Shown piece by piece: positions 38,359 to 47,600 of a stretch of DNA of 64,000 bases. Made by a program: the position numbers and the translations under genes. The notes under the pieces were generated by a model, which was given only the letters and a program-made list of their open reading frames with translations, was not told the DNA's origin and searched no databases. Source of the stretch: Bdellovibrio sp. ZAP7 (GTDB lineage Bacteria; Bdellovibrionota; FAC87; UBA2466); NCBI GenBank assembly GCA_945878405.1, contig CAMCTJ010000005.1, positions 22,350 to 86,349 of the forward strand. Direction: 5' to 3'. How positions within the stretch are numbered: position 1 is the stretch's first letter; each line of letters begins with the position of its first letter.

Positions 38359-40059
38359 GTGCGCTTATTATCAAAACAATTTCCCTGGAGAAGCTTCTAC
38401 CGAGTTGCCTTAGTGCAGACTGTTTTCGTTGTAGTCGCCATTGGGGTTTCGGGACTAGCCGGAAGATATTTTTTTAAAAAAGTTTTTGTAGAACAAGTTC
38501 GTGCTCAATTAGAAGATAGTCTGCGGATCCTTTCCAAAATAGTACCTCAAACTGTTCCCGCGTCGTGGTGCCAGGAGTTTTCTACCGGTACGGGTTTCCA
38601 GCTCGCCGTTCTTGATTCCCAGGGAAAAACACTTTGTGAATCGTCATCAGATTCAGTGGCTTCGATGGACGAAAAACACCTGAGTGTTGTTTTGAGTGTC
38701 CCTTCAAAAAATCTTTCCCTGCGGGCCTCTCTTCCCTTGGATTCCCTCGGAGAGATGATTCGCGTTTATAACACTTCACTGGGTTTCTTTCTGGTCGGTT
38801 TGATGCTGGCTTTGTTTTTGGTTGGGCTTTGGTATGCAAGAAGACTTGTCTTTCCCTTGGGACGACTCCTTGTAAAAACCCAGAACTTAGTTGCGAGGCA
38901 CCCGCGAGTACTAACCGAGGAGGATCTTGAAGAAGAAGCTTTTGGGGAATGGTCTGATCTCGAATCCAGCATTGACGATTTGGGAAAGAATCTCGAATCA
39001 ACCGTTCAAAGCTTAACGACAGAACAAGTTGAGTTGGATGCCATTATGGGATCAATCTCGGATGCTATTTTGGCGGTCGATCAAGAAGAAATCCCCATTT
39101 TTTATAACAGTCGTTTTGAAATGATTTTTGGAGGAGGAAAAGTCCGCCGGAATGTAAAATTATGGGAGATTTTAAGAGATCCTGAGATTTTAAAATCCTA
39201 CAAGAGAGCTTTAACCGAAGGCAAGTCCGGGGGAACCCGCGCTTTTTCACTGGAAACAGAAAACCAGCCAAAACGGTATTTCTCACTGTCTGTTTCCCCT
39301 CTCAGAAGGCATGGCGGTTCTATCTACGGAGCTTTAGGGATATTTCACGATATTACCGAGCTTAAGGCAGCCGAGCAGATGCGAATTGATTTCGTAGCAA
39401 ATGTCTCGCATGAGCTGCGAACCCCACTGACCGCAATTAAGGGCTACACAGAGACTTTGATTTTAGATCACGAGAAAATGGGAGGCGCCGAAGCCGATCG
39501 TGAGTATTTGAATATTATCGCCCGTAACTCAGAACGCTTGATGAACCTGATGGGTGATTTGCTTGAGCTGTCTGCTCTCGAATCAAGCCTTCTTTTACAG
39601 AAAGAAGTCATCTCTACCCGAGAAATCAGCGAACGCATTTTGAAACAATTAGCTCCACGTCTTCAGAAGAAGAGTCAAAGTGCAGATCTCAAAGTAGAAG
39701 CGCTTTCAGTCACTGCCGACCCTAATCGGGTTGAGCAGGTCCTCATCAATCTGTTGGATAACGCGAGCAAGTACACTCCAGAGGGTGGGAAGATCACGGT
39801 TTCTTGGGAGCTTGATCGAAAAGGGGGACGAGATACCTTTTTAAAAGTTCAGGATACGGGCCCAGGAATTCCGATGGAACATCTCGGGCGTCTTTTTGAA
39901 CGTTTTTATCGAATTGATAAGGCCCGCTCCAGAGAGCAAGGGGGCACGGGTTTAGGTTTGGCGATTGTGAAACACATCATGCAAAGACACGAAGGAGCGG
40001 TTTGGGTGGAGAGTTCCCCAGGCCAAGGGTCCTTGTTTACCTGCCGTTTCCCTGGTTAA
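38359..40059 (+). CDS. phoR: sensor histidine kinase PhoR
   Basis: GTG start. 2 TM, PAS. H-box VSHELRTPLTAIKG. N, G1, G2 boxes. Confidence 0.8.
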   Translation: MRLLSKQFPWRSFYRVALVQTVFVVVAIGVSGLAGRYFFKKVFVEQVRAQLEDSLRILSKIVPQTVPASWCQEFSTGTGFQLAVLDSQGKTLCESSSDSVASMDEKHLSVVLSVPSKNLSLRASLPLDSLGEMIRVYNTSLGFFLVGLMLALFLVGLWYARRLVFPLGRLLVKTQNLVARHPRVLTEEDLEEEAFGEWSDLESSIDDLGKNLESTVQSLTTEQVELDAIMGSISDAILAVDQEEIPIFYNSRFEMIFGGGKVRRNVKLWEILRDPEILKSYKRALTEGKSGGTRAFSLETENQPKRYFSLSVSPLRRHGGSIYGALGIFHDITELKAAEQMRIDFVANVSHELRTPLTAIKGYTETLILDHEKMGGAEADREYLNIIARNSERLMNLMGDLLELSALESSLLLQKEVISTREISERILKQLAPRLQKKSQSADLKVEALSVTADPNRVEQVLINLLDNASKYTPEGGKITVSWELDRKGGRDTFLKVQDTGPGIPMEHLGRLFERFYRIDKARSREQGGTGLGLAIVKHIMQRHEGAVWVESSPGQGSLFTCRFPG

Positions 40060-40127
40060 TCAGATACTTAATGCGATGAGCTATAATAAAAATATTTTTT
40101 AAGTTTAGTTCGCATCCTGTTAGTTTT

Positions 40128-41522
40128 TTGTTAAGGTTGCTTTTTTTCGTGGGGAAAAAAATGAAACTTTTAGTTCTAGCGATTTTAGCTTCATTAAGTT
40201 TTGCTTCTAATGAACCGGTTCGCCTGATGCCTTTGGAAAAATGGCTTCCCCAACAAGAGCAAATCGCTATCAGAAATCTTCTCCGAAATATTTCTCCCGC
40301 AGGAACAGCCAAAGGCGTTGTGGTTGCTTCGCCGTCTCGACAAGATCCCGATTATTGGTTCCACTGGGTAAGAGATGCCGCTTTAGTGATGAATGTGATT
40401 GTGGAGGACTACTCCAAAGCCACCACTCCTGAAAAGAAAGCTTATTTTTTAGAGATGCTCTGGGATTATGTTGAGTTTTCTCGGTTAAACCAAATGACTC
40501 CAACCCCGAGTGGGGGGCCAGGAGAACCCAAATTCAATGTCGATGGAAGTGCTTTTGTGGGGCCCTGGGGGCGTCCTCAAAATGACGGACCCGCTCTTCG
40601 AGCTTTGACTTTGATGCGATTTGCGCGAGCCCTTATTTCTGAATCGAAATCCGATGAGATTCGCCGGATAGGTTCTATCATTAAGTACGATCTGGAATTT
40701 GTTTCCCACCATTGGCGAGAGGCTTCCTTTGATCTGTGGGAAGAAATCAAGGGTCACCATTTTTACACTCTGATTAACCAGTATCAGGCGCTGGTTGACG
40801 GTTCTTCATACCTGTCGCTTCTAGGAGATAAGGGAGCAGCCGAGTGGTACGAAAAACAGGCTCACGAAATAAAAGTTCAATTGAATAAATTTTGGGATTC
40901 CCAGCACAGTTTTATTGTAAGCACCCGAAATCGTGTGGGGGGAATTGATTACAAGAAATCAAACTTAGATTCCTCAGTGCTGTTAGGTGTCCTTCACGCA
41001 AACACAACGGATATTTTCTCTGTAGATGATCCAAAAGTGGAAGCCACCGTTTTGAAATTGAAGCAAACTTTCAAAACTCTTTACAGTATCAATCAATCTG
41101 GTCCTGCCGGAGTAGCCGTTGGGCGTTATCCCGAAGACAAATACGATGGTTATTCTTCGCATGGCGATGGCAATCCCTGGATTCTCATCACTAATGGCTT
41201 TGCGGAGTACTATTATCGATTAGGTAAAATGTACCTGAATAGGAAAAGAATCATCATTACACCTTCCAACAAAGATTTTTTCCGCGACTTGGGGTTTGAT
41301 TTGTCTTTGGGAGTTATTGATCAAAGCTCTCGAACGTTCAGCACTCTGATTGAACGACTTCAAACCGAAGGCGATGCATACCTAACCCGGGTAAAATACC
41401 ATCTCGATTCAGATGGCCAGATGTCCGAACAAATGAATCGTTGGTCTGGCTTCTTACAAGGGGCAAGAGATTTGACCTGGAGCTATGCAAGCTTCTTAAC
41501 GGCTCTACAATCGCGCTTTTAA
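40128..41522 (+). CDS. secreted GH15 glucoamylase/glucodextranase-family glycoside hydrolase
   Basis: Signal peptide. DYWFHWVRDAAL (GH15 WxRD motif). W..EE catalytic region LWEE. Confidence 0.75.
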   Translation: MLRLLFFVGKKMKLLVLAILASLSFASNEPVRLMPLEKWLPQQEQIAIRNLLRNISPAGTAKGVVVASPSRQDPDYWFHWVRDAALVMNVIVEDYSKATTPEKKAYFLEMLWDYVEFSRLNQMTPTPSGGPGEPKFNVDGSAFVGPWGRPQNDGPALRALTLMRFARALISESKSDEIRRIGSIIKYDLEFVSHHWREASFDLWEEIKGHHFYTLINQYQALVDGSSYLSLLGDKGAAEWYEKQAHEIKVQLNKFWDSQHSFIVSTRNRVGGIDYKKSNLDSSVLLGVLHANTTDIFSVDDPKVEATVLKLKQTFKTLYSINQSGPAGVAVGRYPEDKYDGYSSHGDGNPWILITNGFAEYYYRLGKMYLNRKRIIITPSNKDFFRDLGFDLSLGVIDQSSRTFSTLIERLQTEGDAYLTRVKYHLDSDGQMSEQMNRWSGFLQGARDLTWSYASFLTALQSRF

Positions 41523-42629
41523 GTGGCTATGACAGTCTCTAACGACTCTATTAATCGCCAAAAAATCAGACTCTGGACGCATCGACTTATTGAAGAATAT
41601 CGCCACATTCAGTTTACCTATAACTTAAAAACTAAGATTCCCGTGATTCAAATCGACAATACGTCAGTGCGTTGGGGCTCTTGGGATTCCGTCACTCGAA
41701 CGTTATCGATATCTCAAAGACTGATTGAGAGGTATCCCTGGGAAACGGTATTGGAGATCTTCAAACACGAAATTGCTCATCAACTCATCACAGATGAGGG
41801 GCAGGAGCAAACTATTCATGGCCCTGCTTTCAAAGCTGCTTGCGAACGACTGGGAGTCGCTCCTTGGGCCTGCAGAGCTGAAACAAAAGAGATTCCCACG
41901 GAAGCCCCTCTCAGAACTGGGGAAGTTTCCTCGGAAGAAAAACGGCTCTTGGAACGGGCGGAAAAATTGCTGAGTCTTGCCACTTCAGATAATGAACACG
42001 AGGCTCTTCTTGCAATGCAGAAGGTACAAGAGCTCTATGCTAAATATAACTTGAAGCGAATTCAGGAAAAAAAGGAAGCTCATTGGGGATATCTTCTTTT
42101 GAAGCTTAAAAAGAAGCGAGTAGAGAGATACCAATCAGTCATTGCCTCTCTCCTGAATGAACATTTCTTCGTAGAAGTGATTCATACTTCTCTTTTTGAT
42201 TCCGAATCCTGCTCTGATTTTAAAGTCCTCGAATTATTAGGCACCCGAGAAAATGTTTTGATGGCCGAGTATGTTTTTCATTTTTTAGAGAATCAACTGT
42301 CTGGGCTGTGGAAGGCTTATCGCCCCAGTCAAACCCTGGGGATTGCTTCTCGAAACAGCTTTTATCTCGGCGTGCTTGAGGGGTTTAGAGAAAAGCTCAA
42401 TAAGTTCGATTTCCCATCGGACACATCGGTTTCCTTGATTGTGAGACAAGATGAGGGACTCAGAAAGCTGGTTAAGGGCCGATACCCTAAATTAAATCGA
42501 TTGAGCGGAGGCCGTCGCTTGCACGACGGACAAGCCTATGCTGCGGGAAAGAAAGAGGGGCATAGCCTAGTGATACGCAAAGGTATTTCCAAATCCGATG
42601 GATATTTAAGAAAGCTATTAAGATCTTAA
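41523..42629 (+). CDS. SprT-like zinc-metalloprotease-domain protein with C-terminal helical domain
   Basis: SprT N-terminal pattern ending in HExxH (FKHEIAHQL). Confidence 0.55.
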   Translation: MAMTVSNDSINRQKIRLWTHRLIEEYRHIQFTYNLKTKIPVIQIDNTSVRWGSWDSVTRTLSISQRLIERYPWETVLEIFKHEIAHQLITDEGQEQTIHGPAFKAACERLGVAPWACRAETKEIPTEAPLRTGEVSSEEKRLLERAEKLLSLATSDNEHEALLAMQKVQELYAKYNLKRIQEKKEAHWGYLLLKLKKKRVERYQSVIASLLNEHFFVEVIHTSLFDSESCSDFKVLELLGTRENVLMAEYVFHFLENQLSGLWKAYRPSQTLGIASRNSFYLGVLEGFREKLNKFDFPSDTSVSLIVRQDEGLRKLVKGRYPKLNRLSGGRRLHDGQAYAAGKKEGHSLVIRKGISKSDGYLRKLLRS

Positions 42630-42683
42630 TAGTTTAGCGGTGCCCCCCTTGCTGTGAATGCTCTCTGCAGGTATTATAAAGGT

Positions 42684-42941
42684 ATGAAAAAAAATACCAA
42701 ATCGAGTATTACCCTGCCTTCCAAAGAATATGCTTTGGTTTTGGAGCTAAAAAAAATATTAAAAGCGAAAAGCAATGTCGATGTGATTAGGCGTGGCTTA
42801 TTGAAATTAAAGGAGGGCTCTGAGAGGGAATCTTTAAGAGCACAGTTTTCAGAAGCTTCTCAGAAAGTCCGCAAGTCCACGTTGGATGAATTAAAGCTCC
42901 TCGATCATTTAGCTAGCGAAGGAATGAAAAAGAAAAAATGA
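42684..42941 (+). CDS. putative ribbon-helix-helix antitoxin (MazE/CopG-like)
   Basis: 85-aa ORF from MKKNTK (track start 42654). 4-bp ATGA overlap with the downstream MazF-like gene. Confidence 0.45.
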   Translation: MKKNTKSSITLPSKEYALVLELKKILKAKSNVDVIRRGLLKLKEGSERESLRAQFSEASQKVRKSTLDELKLLDHLASEGMKKKK

Positions 42942-43288
42942 ATGAAATCGTAATCAAACATGGTTTCATGTATCTGGCTGATCTGAGCCCCAGTAGGGGA
43001 ACTGAGGCCGGGAAGCTTCGGCCGGTTGTAGTCATACAAACTAATTTTTTGAATGAAGCATACCATCCGTCGACTTGGGTGCTTCCTTGTACAACTCAAT
43101 TAACCTCTGAGAATTTACTCCGAGTTCGTTTGCCCAAAAATATAGCGGGTAATACTGAGGAATGTGATGTGATGATTGACCAGAGTCGAGCTATTGATAA
43201 TCAGCGTTTTAGAAAGGAATTATTTTCTGTCCCGAGCCTCTTACTGCGTGAGATCAAAGATAAATTGCGTTTGGCAGGAGACTTATAA
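42938..43288 (+). CDS. MazF/PemK-family endoribonuclease toxin
   Basis: GFMYLADLSPSRGTEAGKLRPVVVIQTN matches the PemK/MazF core. 116 aa. Confidence 0.7.
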   Translation: MNEIVIKHGFMYLADLSPSRGTEAGKLRPVVVIQTNFLNEAYHPSTWVLPCTTQLTSENLLRVRLPKNIAGNTEECDVMIDQSRAIDNQRFRKELFSVPSLLLREIKDKLRLAGDL

Positions 43289-44395
43289 ACCACTTTCACT
43301 AGCTAACTTTCCCAGAATCAGATCGCACACGGTATTTTTTCGAGTTAATTTTTTCCAAAAAGTCGTCTTTTCTGCATACTCATTGGCGAGATCTGCGTTT
43401 TTTGAAAAAACTTGTCGAATGGCGCGTTCTGCTCGTGATTTTAAATCCTCTGATGAATTCCCAAGCCTTTGAATAAAGTCAGCTAAGAAGGAAAGCTTTT
43501 CTCGAGGCGACAAAGCAGGCGGAACACTGCGAATCAAAGAGCCTAATTCATGAGATTGAACCCAATTGCTCCCTATTCGATTGAACCCATGCTCTAAGAG
43601 AGCTTGTGCCACTTGCATTTCAGCCGAGCTGGCTTCAGAAGAACCAAAGCGTGCAGCGAATAGCTCTGGGATATTCTCAAAGGCTCGTTCTCTTTCTTCG
43701 GTGGGGGTTGTTGATTGAAGAAAAGCCCCTGCACGATTGAGTCTTTCTAATCGTTCCATGAGCGCGTCTAGAAAAACAGATTTGTTGTTCGTATTTTCAA
43801 AAACGGATTTTTCAAGTTTGTTGGTTAGTCCACCCCGAAAAGCTTTTACCGAACTACCAGTGAGTTGAGTATATCCGTCAAGACTTCGAAGAATCTCCAA
43901 GAGGGTTTCTGGCTTTTCACGAACTAAATCGGTTTCGTGTTTTTTCAAAAATTCTTCGAGAGCCTCCCACTCACCTTCCTCTTTTGCTCCACGACTCGGG
44001 AGGGGGGAAAGGGGAGAGCGGCGATTGAGCTGCTGGAATCGGGGGAGTTTTTTAAAGGTGCTGGGCCCGAAAGAGTTATCTCTCCAAGCTTCTTCTAAGA
44101 TACGACTCGCTTCGTCTCTAGCAGCCTTCTTATCTTGATTCACTTCAACTTTTCGAGTCTGTCTTTTTTGAATATCTTCCCAAGCTCTTTGAACTTCTTT
44201 AAATCTTTTTTCTGCTTCGGCTTTAGGTAGGGAAGAGACATCAGGATGTTCCATTCGTGCTTTATTCAAATAAGCTTTTTTGATTTCTTCCGGGGAGGCA
44301 TCAGAGGAAACCCCAAGCACTTGGTAGGGATCGGCGCAGAGGAGGGCACCCTGCAGGTACAGAAAAACGAAGAATGTTAGCGGGCGTAAGGCCAT
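43283..44395 (-). CDS. J-domain (DnaJ-like) protein with N-terminal signal/anchor
   Basis: Hydrophobic N-terminus. J-domain YQVLGV...YLNKARMEHPD (HPD motif). Long charged helical remainder. Confidence 0.6.
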   Translation of the reverse strand: MALRPLTFFVFLYLQGALLCADPYQVLGVSSDASPEEIKKAYLNKARMEHPDVSSLPKAEAEKRFKEVQRAWEDIQKRQTRKVEVNQDKKAARDEASRILEEAWRDNSFGPSTFKKLPRFQQLNRRSPLSPLPSRGAKEEGEWEALEEFLKKHETDLVREKPETLLEILRSLDGYTQLTGSSVKAFRGGLTNKLEKSVFENTNNKSVFLDALMERLERLNRAGAFLQSTTPTEERERAFENIPELFAARFGSSEASSAEMQVAQALLEHGFNRIGSNWVQSHELGSLIRSVPPALSPREKLSFLADFIQRLGNSSEDLKSRAERAIRQVFSKNADLANEYAEKTTFWKKLTRKNTVCDLILGKLASESGL

Positions 44396-44482
44396 CTAAA
44401 TTCTCTGGAAAACCAAAAACCCCAAAAGACCTATCCAGCTCAGAAAAGCTACAGCACGTGTTAGGCTCATTTCCCTCTTATC

Positions 44483-44500
44483 GGAATGCTGCAGCATTCC
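44483..44500. promoter_or_regulatory. 18-bp perfect palindrome GGAATGCTGCAGCATTCC (candidate operator)
   Basis: Perfect dyad abutting the holA stop, ~90 bp upstream of the J-domain gene start. Flanking CCTCTTA/TAAGAGG extend the dyad to ~38 bp. No U-tract. Confidence 0.3.
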
Positions 44501-45505
44501 TTAAGAGGAGAGATACTTTGTGAGAAAACCTTCAAAAAGTCGTGTTTGACCGGTTTTAAGAAAGTAGTCTGTTTCGGCTAGAAGCTGGATACCCCTATCC
44601 AGTTCTCTCTCCGTTTGAGATTGGGCCAAATCTTGGAGTTTTGTAACAAAGAAAGGGTGGGTGCCCAGTTTGGGGCCAAGCACTTTCGGGTCTCGAACTC
44701 CTTGTTTCATGAGTTTCTGGCAGCGAGCTACTAATCGAAATTGCCTTACCAAAATAGAGAGTATTTTTATTTCCGATTCTCCTTCAAGGTGTAACGCTTC
44801 AAAACCGCGCATGACCTGAAACTTATTTTTGGAAATGACATCTTCAGCAAATTTAAAAATATCTGCTCGCATAGAATTTGAGAGCAGATCGTCGATATCC
44901 TTTTGAGTAATCGTATTTCGATTTCCCACATAGGTTGCAGCTTTTTGAAGTTCCTGCCAAACCAAACTCAAAGACTTGCCAGAAAACTCAACGCACTTTT
45001 CCCACGCTGGACTTTCAATTTTCTTTCCACATTTTTTTTCAAAGTAACCTTGCCACCGGGGCCATTCTCGATCATAGGGTTCACTGACTTCAACGAGGAT
45101 TCCCTTTTGTTGGACTGCCTTCACCCAGCTTTTTCGCTTATCAAGCTTAGTGGCTACAATGAGAAAAATGGTGCTGGTGGACGGGTTTTCAAAGTAAGGT
45201 TTCAGAATCTCGAGTGAGTTAGCGGAAAACTTATCAAAGCGATCACAGCGAATCAATCGTATGCTGTCTGGGCCATCAAAAAGCCCGGGCAACATTTCAA
45301 GAGAAGAAAGAAGTTGATCTGCTTTCCCTGTTTCCCCATCAAAGCACTCATAACTGAAAGCAGCTTCTGAATCCGTTTTAATAAAATGATTTTTTATTCG
45401 AGAAGTAATTTCCGAAATCTGAAACGGCTCTTCTCCCACAATGACGTAATAGGGGCGTGTTTGATTTTTATCTAATTCTTTAAAAATCTGAGCTGCCTGA
45501 GACAC
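44501..45505 (-). CDS. holA: DNA polymerase III subunit delta
   Basis: N-terminus YYVIVGEEPFQISE typical of HolA. 334 aa. Follows lptE. Confidence 0.75.
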   Translation of the reverse strand: MSQAAQIFKELDKNQTRPYYVIVGEEPFQISEITSRIKNHFIKTDSEAAFSYECFDGETGKADQLLSSLEMLPGLFDGPDSIRLIRCDRFDKFSANSLEILKPYFENPSTSTIFLIVATKLDKRKSWVKAVQQKGILVEVSEPYDREWPRWQGYFEKKCGKKIESPAWEKCVEFSGKSLSLVWQELQKAATYVGNRNTITQKDIDDLLSNSMRADIFKFAEDVISKNKFQVMRGFEALHLEGESEIKILSILVRQFRLVARCQKLMKQGVRDPKVLGPKLGTHPFFVTKLQDLAQSQTERELDRGIQLLAETDYFLKTGQTRLFEGFLTKYLSS

Positions 45506-46114
45506 TTAAAAAACCTCCACCATAGAATCATAAACGTCCCGCATGATATCCCGAGCAATTAGAGTGTAGCTGTTTTCAATGAGAGATTCGGTAGTCACAC
45601 CTAGGCTAGAGGGCGCATCGACATCCATCATTCTGTTGAGGGGAGCGGTGACTCTCTGATAGGCGCTAAATTCTTTCGAATATTTTACGGTTTTGGTCTC
45701 AGGATCTATCATTTCAACCAGAACAAAAACCCGCACGCCAATTTGATCCGGAACGCGCTGGTAGGCTTCTAAGCGTTTTAGTCCAGCAGCACTTTGTACT
45801 TCCACTTCTCTTCGAACTTGCGAAACCGTTCCCCGAAGTTCAAACGCGCCTTCGTTACGTTCAAACGCAACTTTTTCTCCGTGACTCAGAAGTTCTCGGA
45901 TTAAAGCATTGGTAAAAACGATCTCAGAACCCACTTCTTGGGTTTTATTTTGAAAAACGGGTACAAAAATTCCTCGAGGGCTTTTGAACGTGTCTTGGAG
46001 ACGATGATTCAAGGTGTAACCACAGCCAGCGATGAGTTCTATAAAAAGCACACAGAAAACGGCGAATCTCTTGCCACTTTGAGGGGGAACACAGTATTTT
46101 TTATGAGAAATCAT
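45506..46114 (-). CDS. lptE: LPS-assembly lipoprotein LptE
   Basis: Lipobox IAGCGYTLNHR resembles LptE GCG(F/W)HLRG. Conserved lptE-holA adjacency. Confidence 0.5.
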   Translation of the reverse strand: MISHKKYCVPPQSGKRFAVFCVLFIELIAGCGYTLNHRLQDTFKSPRGIFVPVFQNKTQEVGSEIVFTNALIRELLSHGEKVAFERNEGAFELRGTVSQVRREVEVQSAAGLKRLEAYQRVPDQIGVRVFVLVEMIDPETKTVKYSKEFSAYQRVTAPLNRMMDVDAPSSLGVTTESLIENSYTLIARDIMRDVYDSMVEVF

Positions 46115-46148
46115 TGGTCTGCCAACTTATATCGAGAGAGGGCCCAGA

Positions 46149-47327
46149 ATGAAAGAAGTAGTCGTCGTTTCAGCCGTTAGAACCCCGATTGGGGCTTATT
46201 TAGGGTCTTTAAAAGAGCACTCAGCACCGCAATTAGCCGCTTTCGCCGTGAAGGAAGCGGTGCGCCAAGCTTCCATTTCCGCAAATGACATTGAGGAATG
46301 TCTCATAGGCAATGTTCTCTCAGCGGGTCTGGGGCAAGCGCCTGCGCGTCAAGCCGCTATTTTTGGCGGGCTTCCGAATTCAGTCAGATGTACGACCATT
46401 AATCGAGTCTGCGGGAGCGGCTTAAAAACCGTGATGTTGGCCACGCAGATGATTCAAGCTGGGGACGCCGAAGTGGTATTGGCGGGTGGCATGGAGAGTA
46501 TGAGTCGGGCGCCTTATCTGCTGGATAAAGCCAGAGAGGGCTACCGAATGGGTCATGGAAAACTTATCGATGCCATGATTCACGATGGGCTTTGGGATGT
46601 TTATCATAATAGCCACATGGGAGATTCCGCCGAGCTCTGCGCTTCGGAGAAAAAAATTTCAAGAGCTGATCAAGACACTTTTGCAAAGGCCAGTTATCAG
46701 CGCGCGATGGCAGCTATCGAAGCTGGAAAATTCAAATCTGAGATAGTTCCAGTTCCTTACACAGAAGGAAAAGAGAAGAAAATTCTTGAACGAGACGAAG
46801 AACCTTTTCGAGCTAAATTAGATAAGTTCGGAGATCTGAAGCCCGCTTTCAAAAAAGAAGGCACAGTAACTGCTGCGAATGCCAGTAGCCTCAGTGATGG
46901 AGCTGCAGCGACCATGCTTTGTTCTTTGGATTACGCAAAGAAAAATAGATTGAAACCCCTTGCTAAAATCGTAGCGCAAGAAAGTTTCGCAAGAGAGCCT
47001 GAATGGTTCACTCTGGCGCCCGTGGGAGCTATCCAGAAGTTGCTTAAGAAAGCCGGCAAAAAAACAACAGATATTGATCTTTACGAAATCAATGAAGCCT
47101 TTTCTGTGGTTGCTTTGGGTTGTATTCGAGAACTGGGATTAGACGAAGCAAAAGTGAACGTTCGAGGGGGAGCCGTAGCCTTGGGCCATCCGATTGGGGC
47201 GAGTGGAACTCGAATCTTGGTCACGCTCATTCACGCTCTTCGACAGGAAAAGAAAAAACTCGGCATTGCCTCGCTTTGTATCGGGGGCGGGGAAGCAAGC
47301 GCTCTGCTGGTGGAGGCTTGTGAGTAA
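46149..47327 (+). CDS. acetyl-CoA C-acetyltransferase (thiolase II)
   Basis: VVVVSAVRTPIG. NRVCGSGLK (active Cys). NEAFS. CIGGGEA. Confidence 0.9.
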   Translation: MKEVVVVSAVRTPIGAYLGSLKEHSAPQLAAFAVKEAVRQASISANDIEECLIGNVLSAGLGQAPARQAAIFGGLPNSVRCTTINRVCGSGLKTVMLATQMIQAGDAEVVLAGGMESMSRAPYLLDKAREGYRMGHGKLIDAMIHDGLWDVYHNSHMGDSAELCASEKKISRADQDTFAKASYQRAMAAIEAGKFKSEIVPVPYTEGKEKKILERDEEPFRAKLDKFGDLKPAFKKEGTVTAANASSLSDGAAATMLCSLDYAKKNRLKPLAKIVAQESFAREPEWFTLAPVGAIQKLLKKAGKKTTDIDLYEINEAFSVVALGCIRELGLDEAKVNVRGGAVALGHPIGASGTRILVTLIHALRQEKKKLGIASLCIGGGEASALLVEACE

Positions 47328-47600
47328 GCTTTCATTTCAAGCTGATTTACCGAGTACTCTCAAAAAAGAGCTGGGAGCTAAGATTTCCAAAGAATCCAGA
47401 TCGGTGAAAAGAAAGCTGAAGAAATCCCAATTAGAAGAAATGCAGTACCATCCGGGTCGAGTTTCACCCTTAGATTATTTGGTGTTCAAGATTTTGCATG
47501 GTCAGTTTGGTGAAAATTCTCACCCGGCCTTTCCTATTGCGATTGGAGTTTTTCGAAAGGGCCTTTCGCAAATTAAACGATTGATTTCTCACGGATCGTT

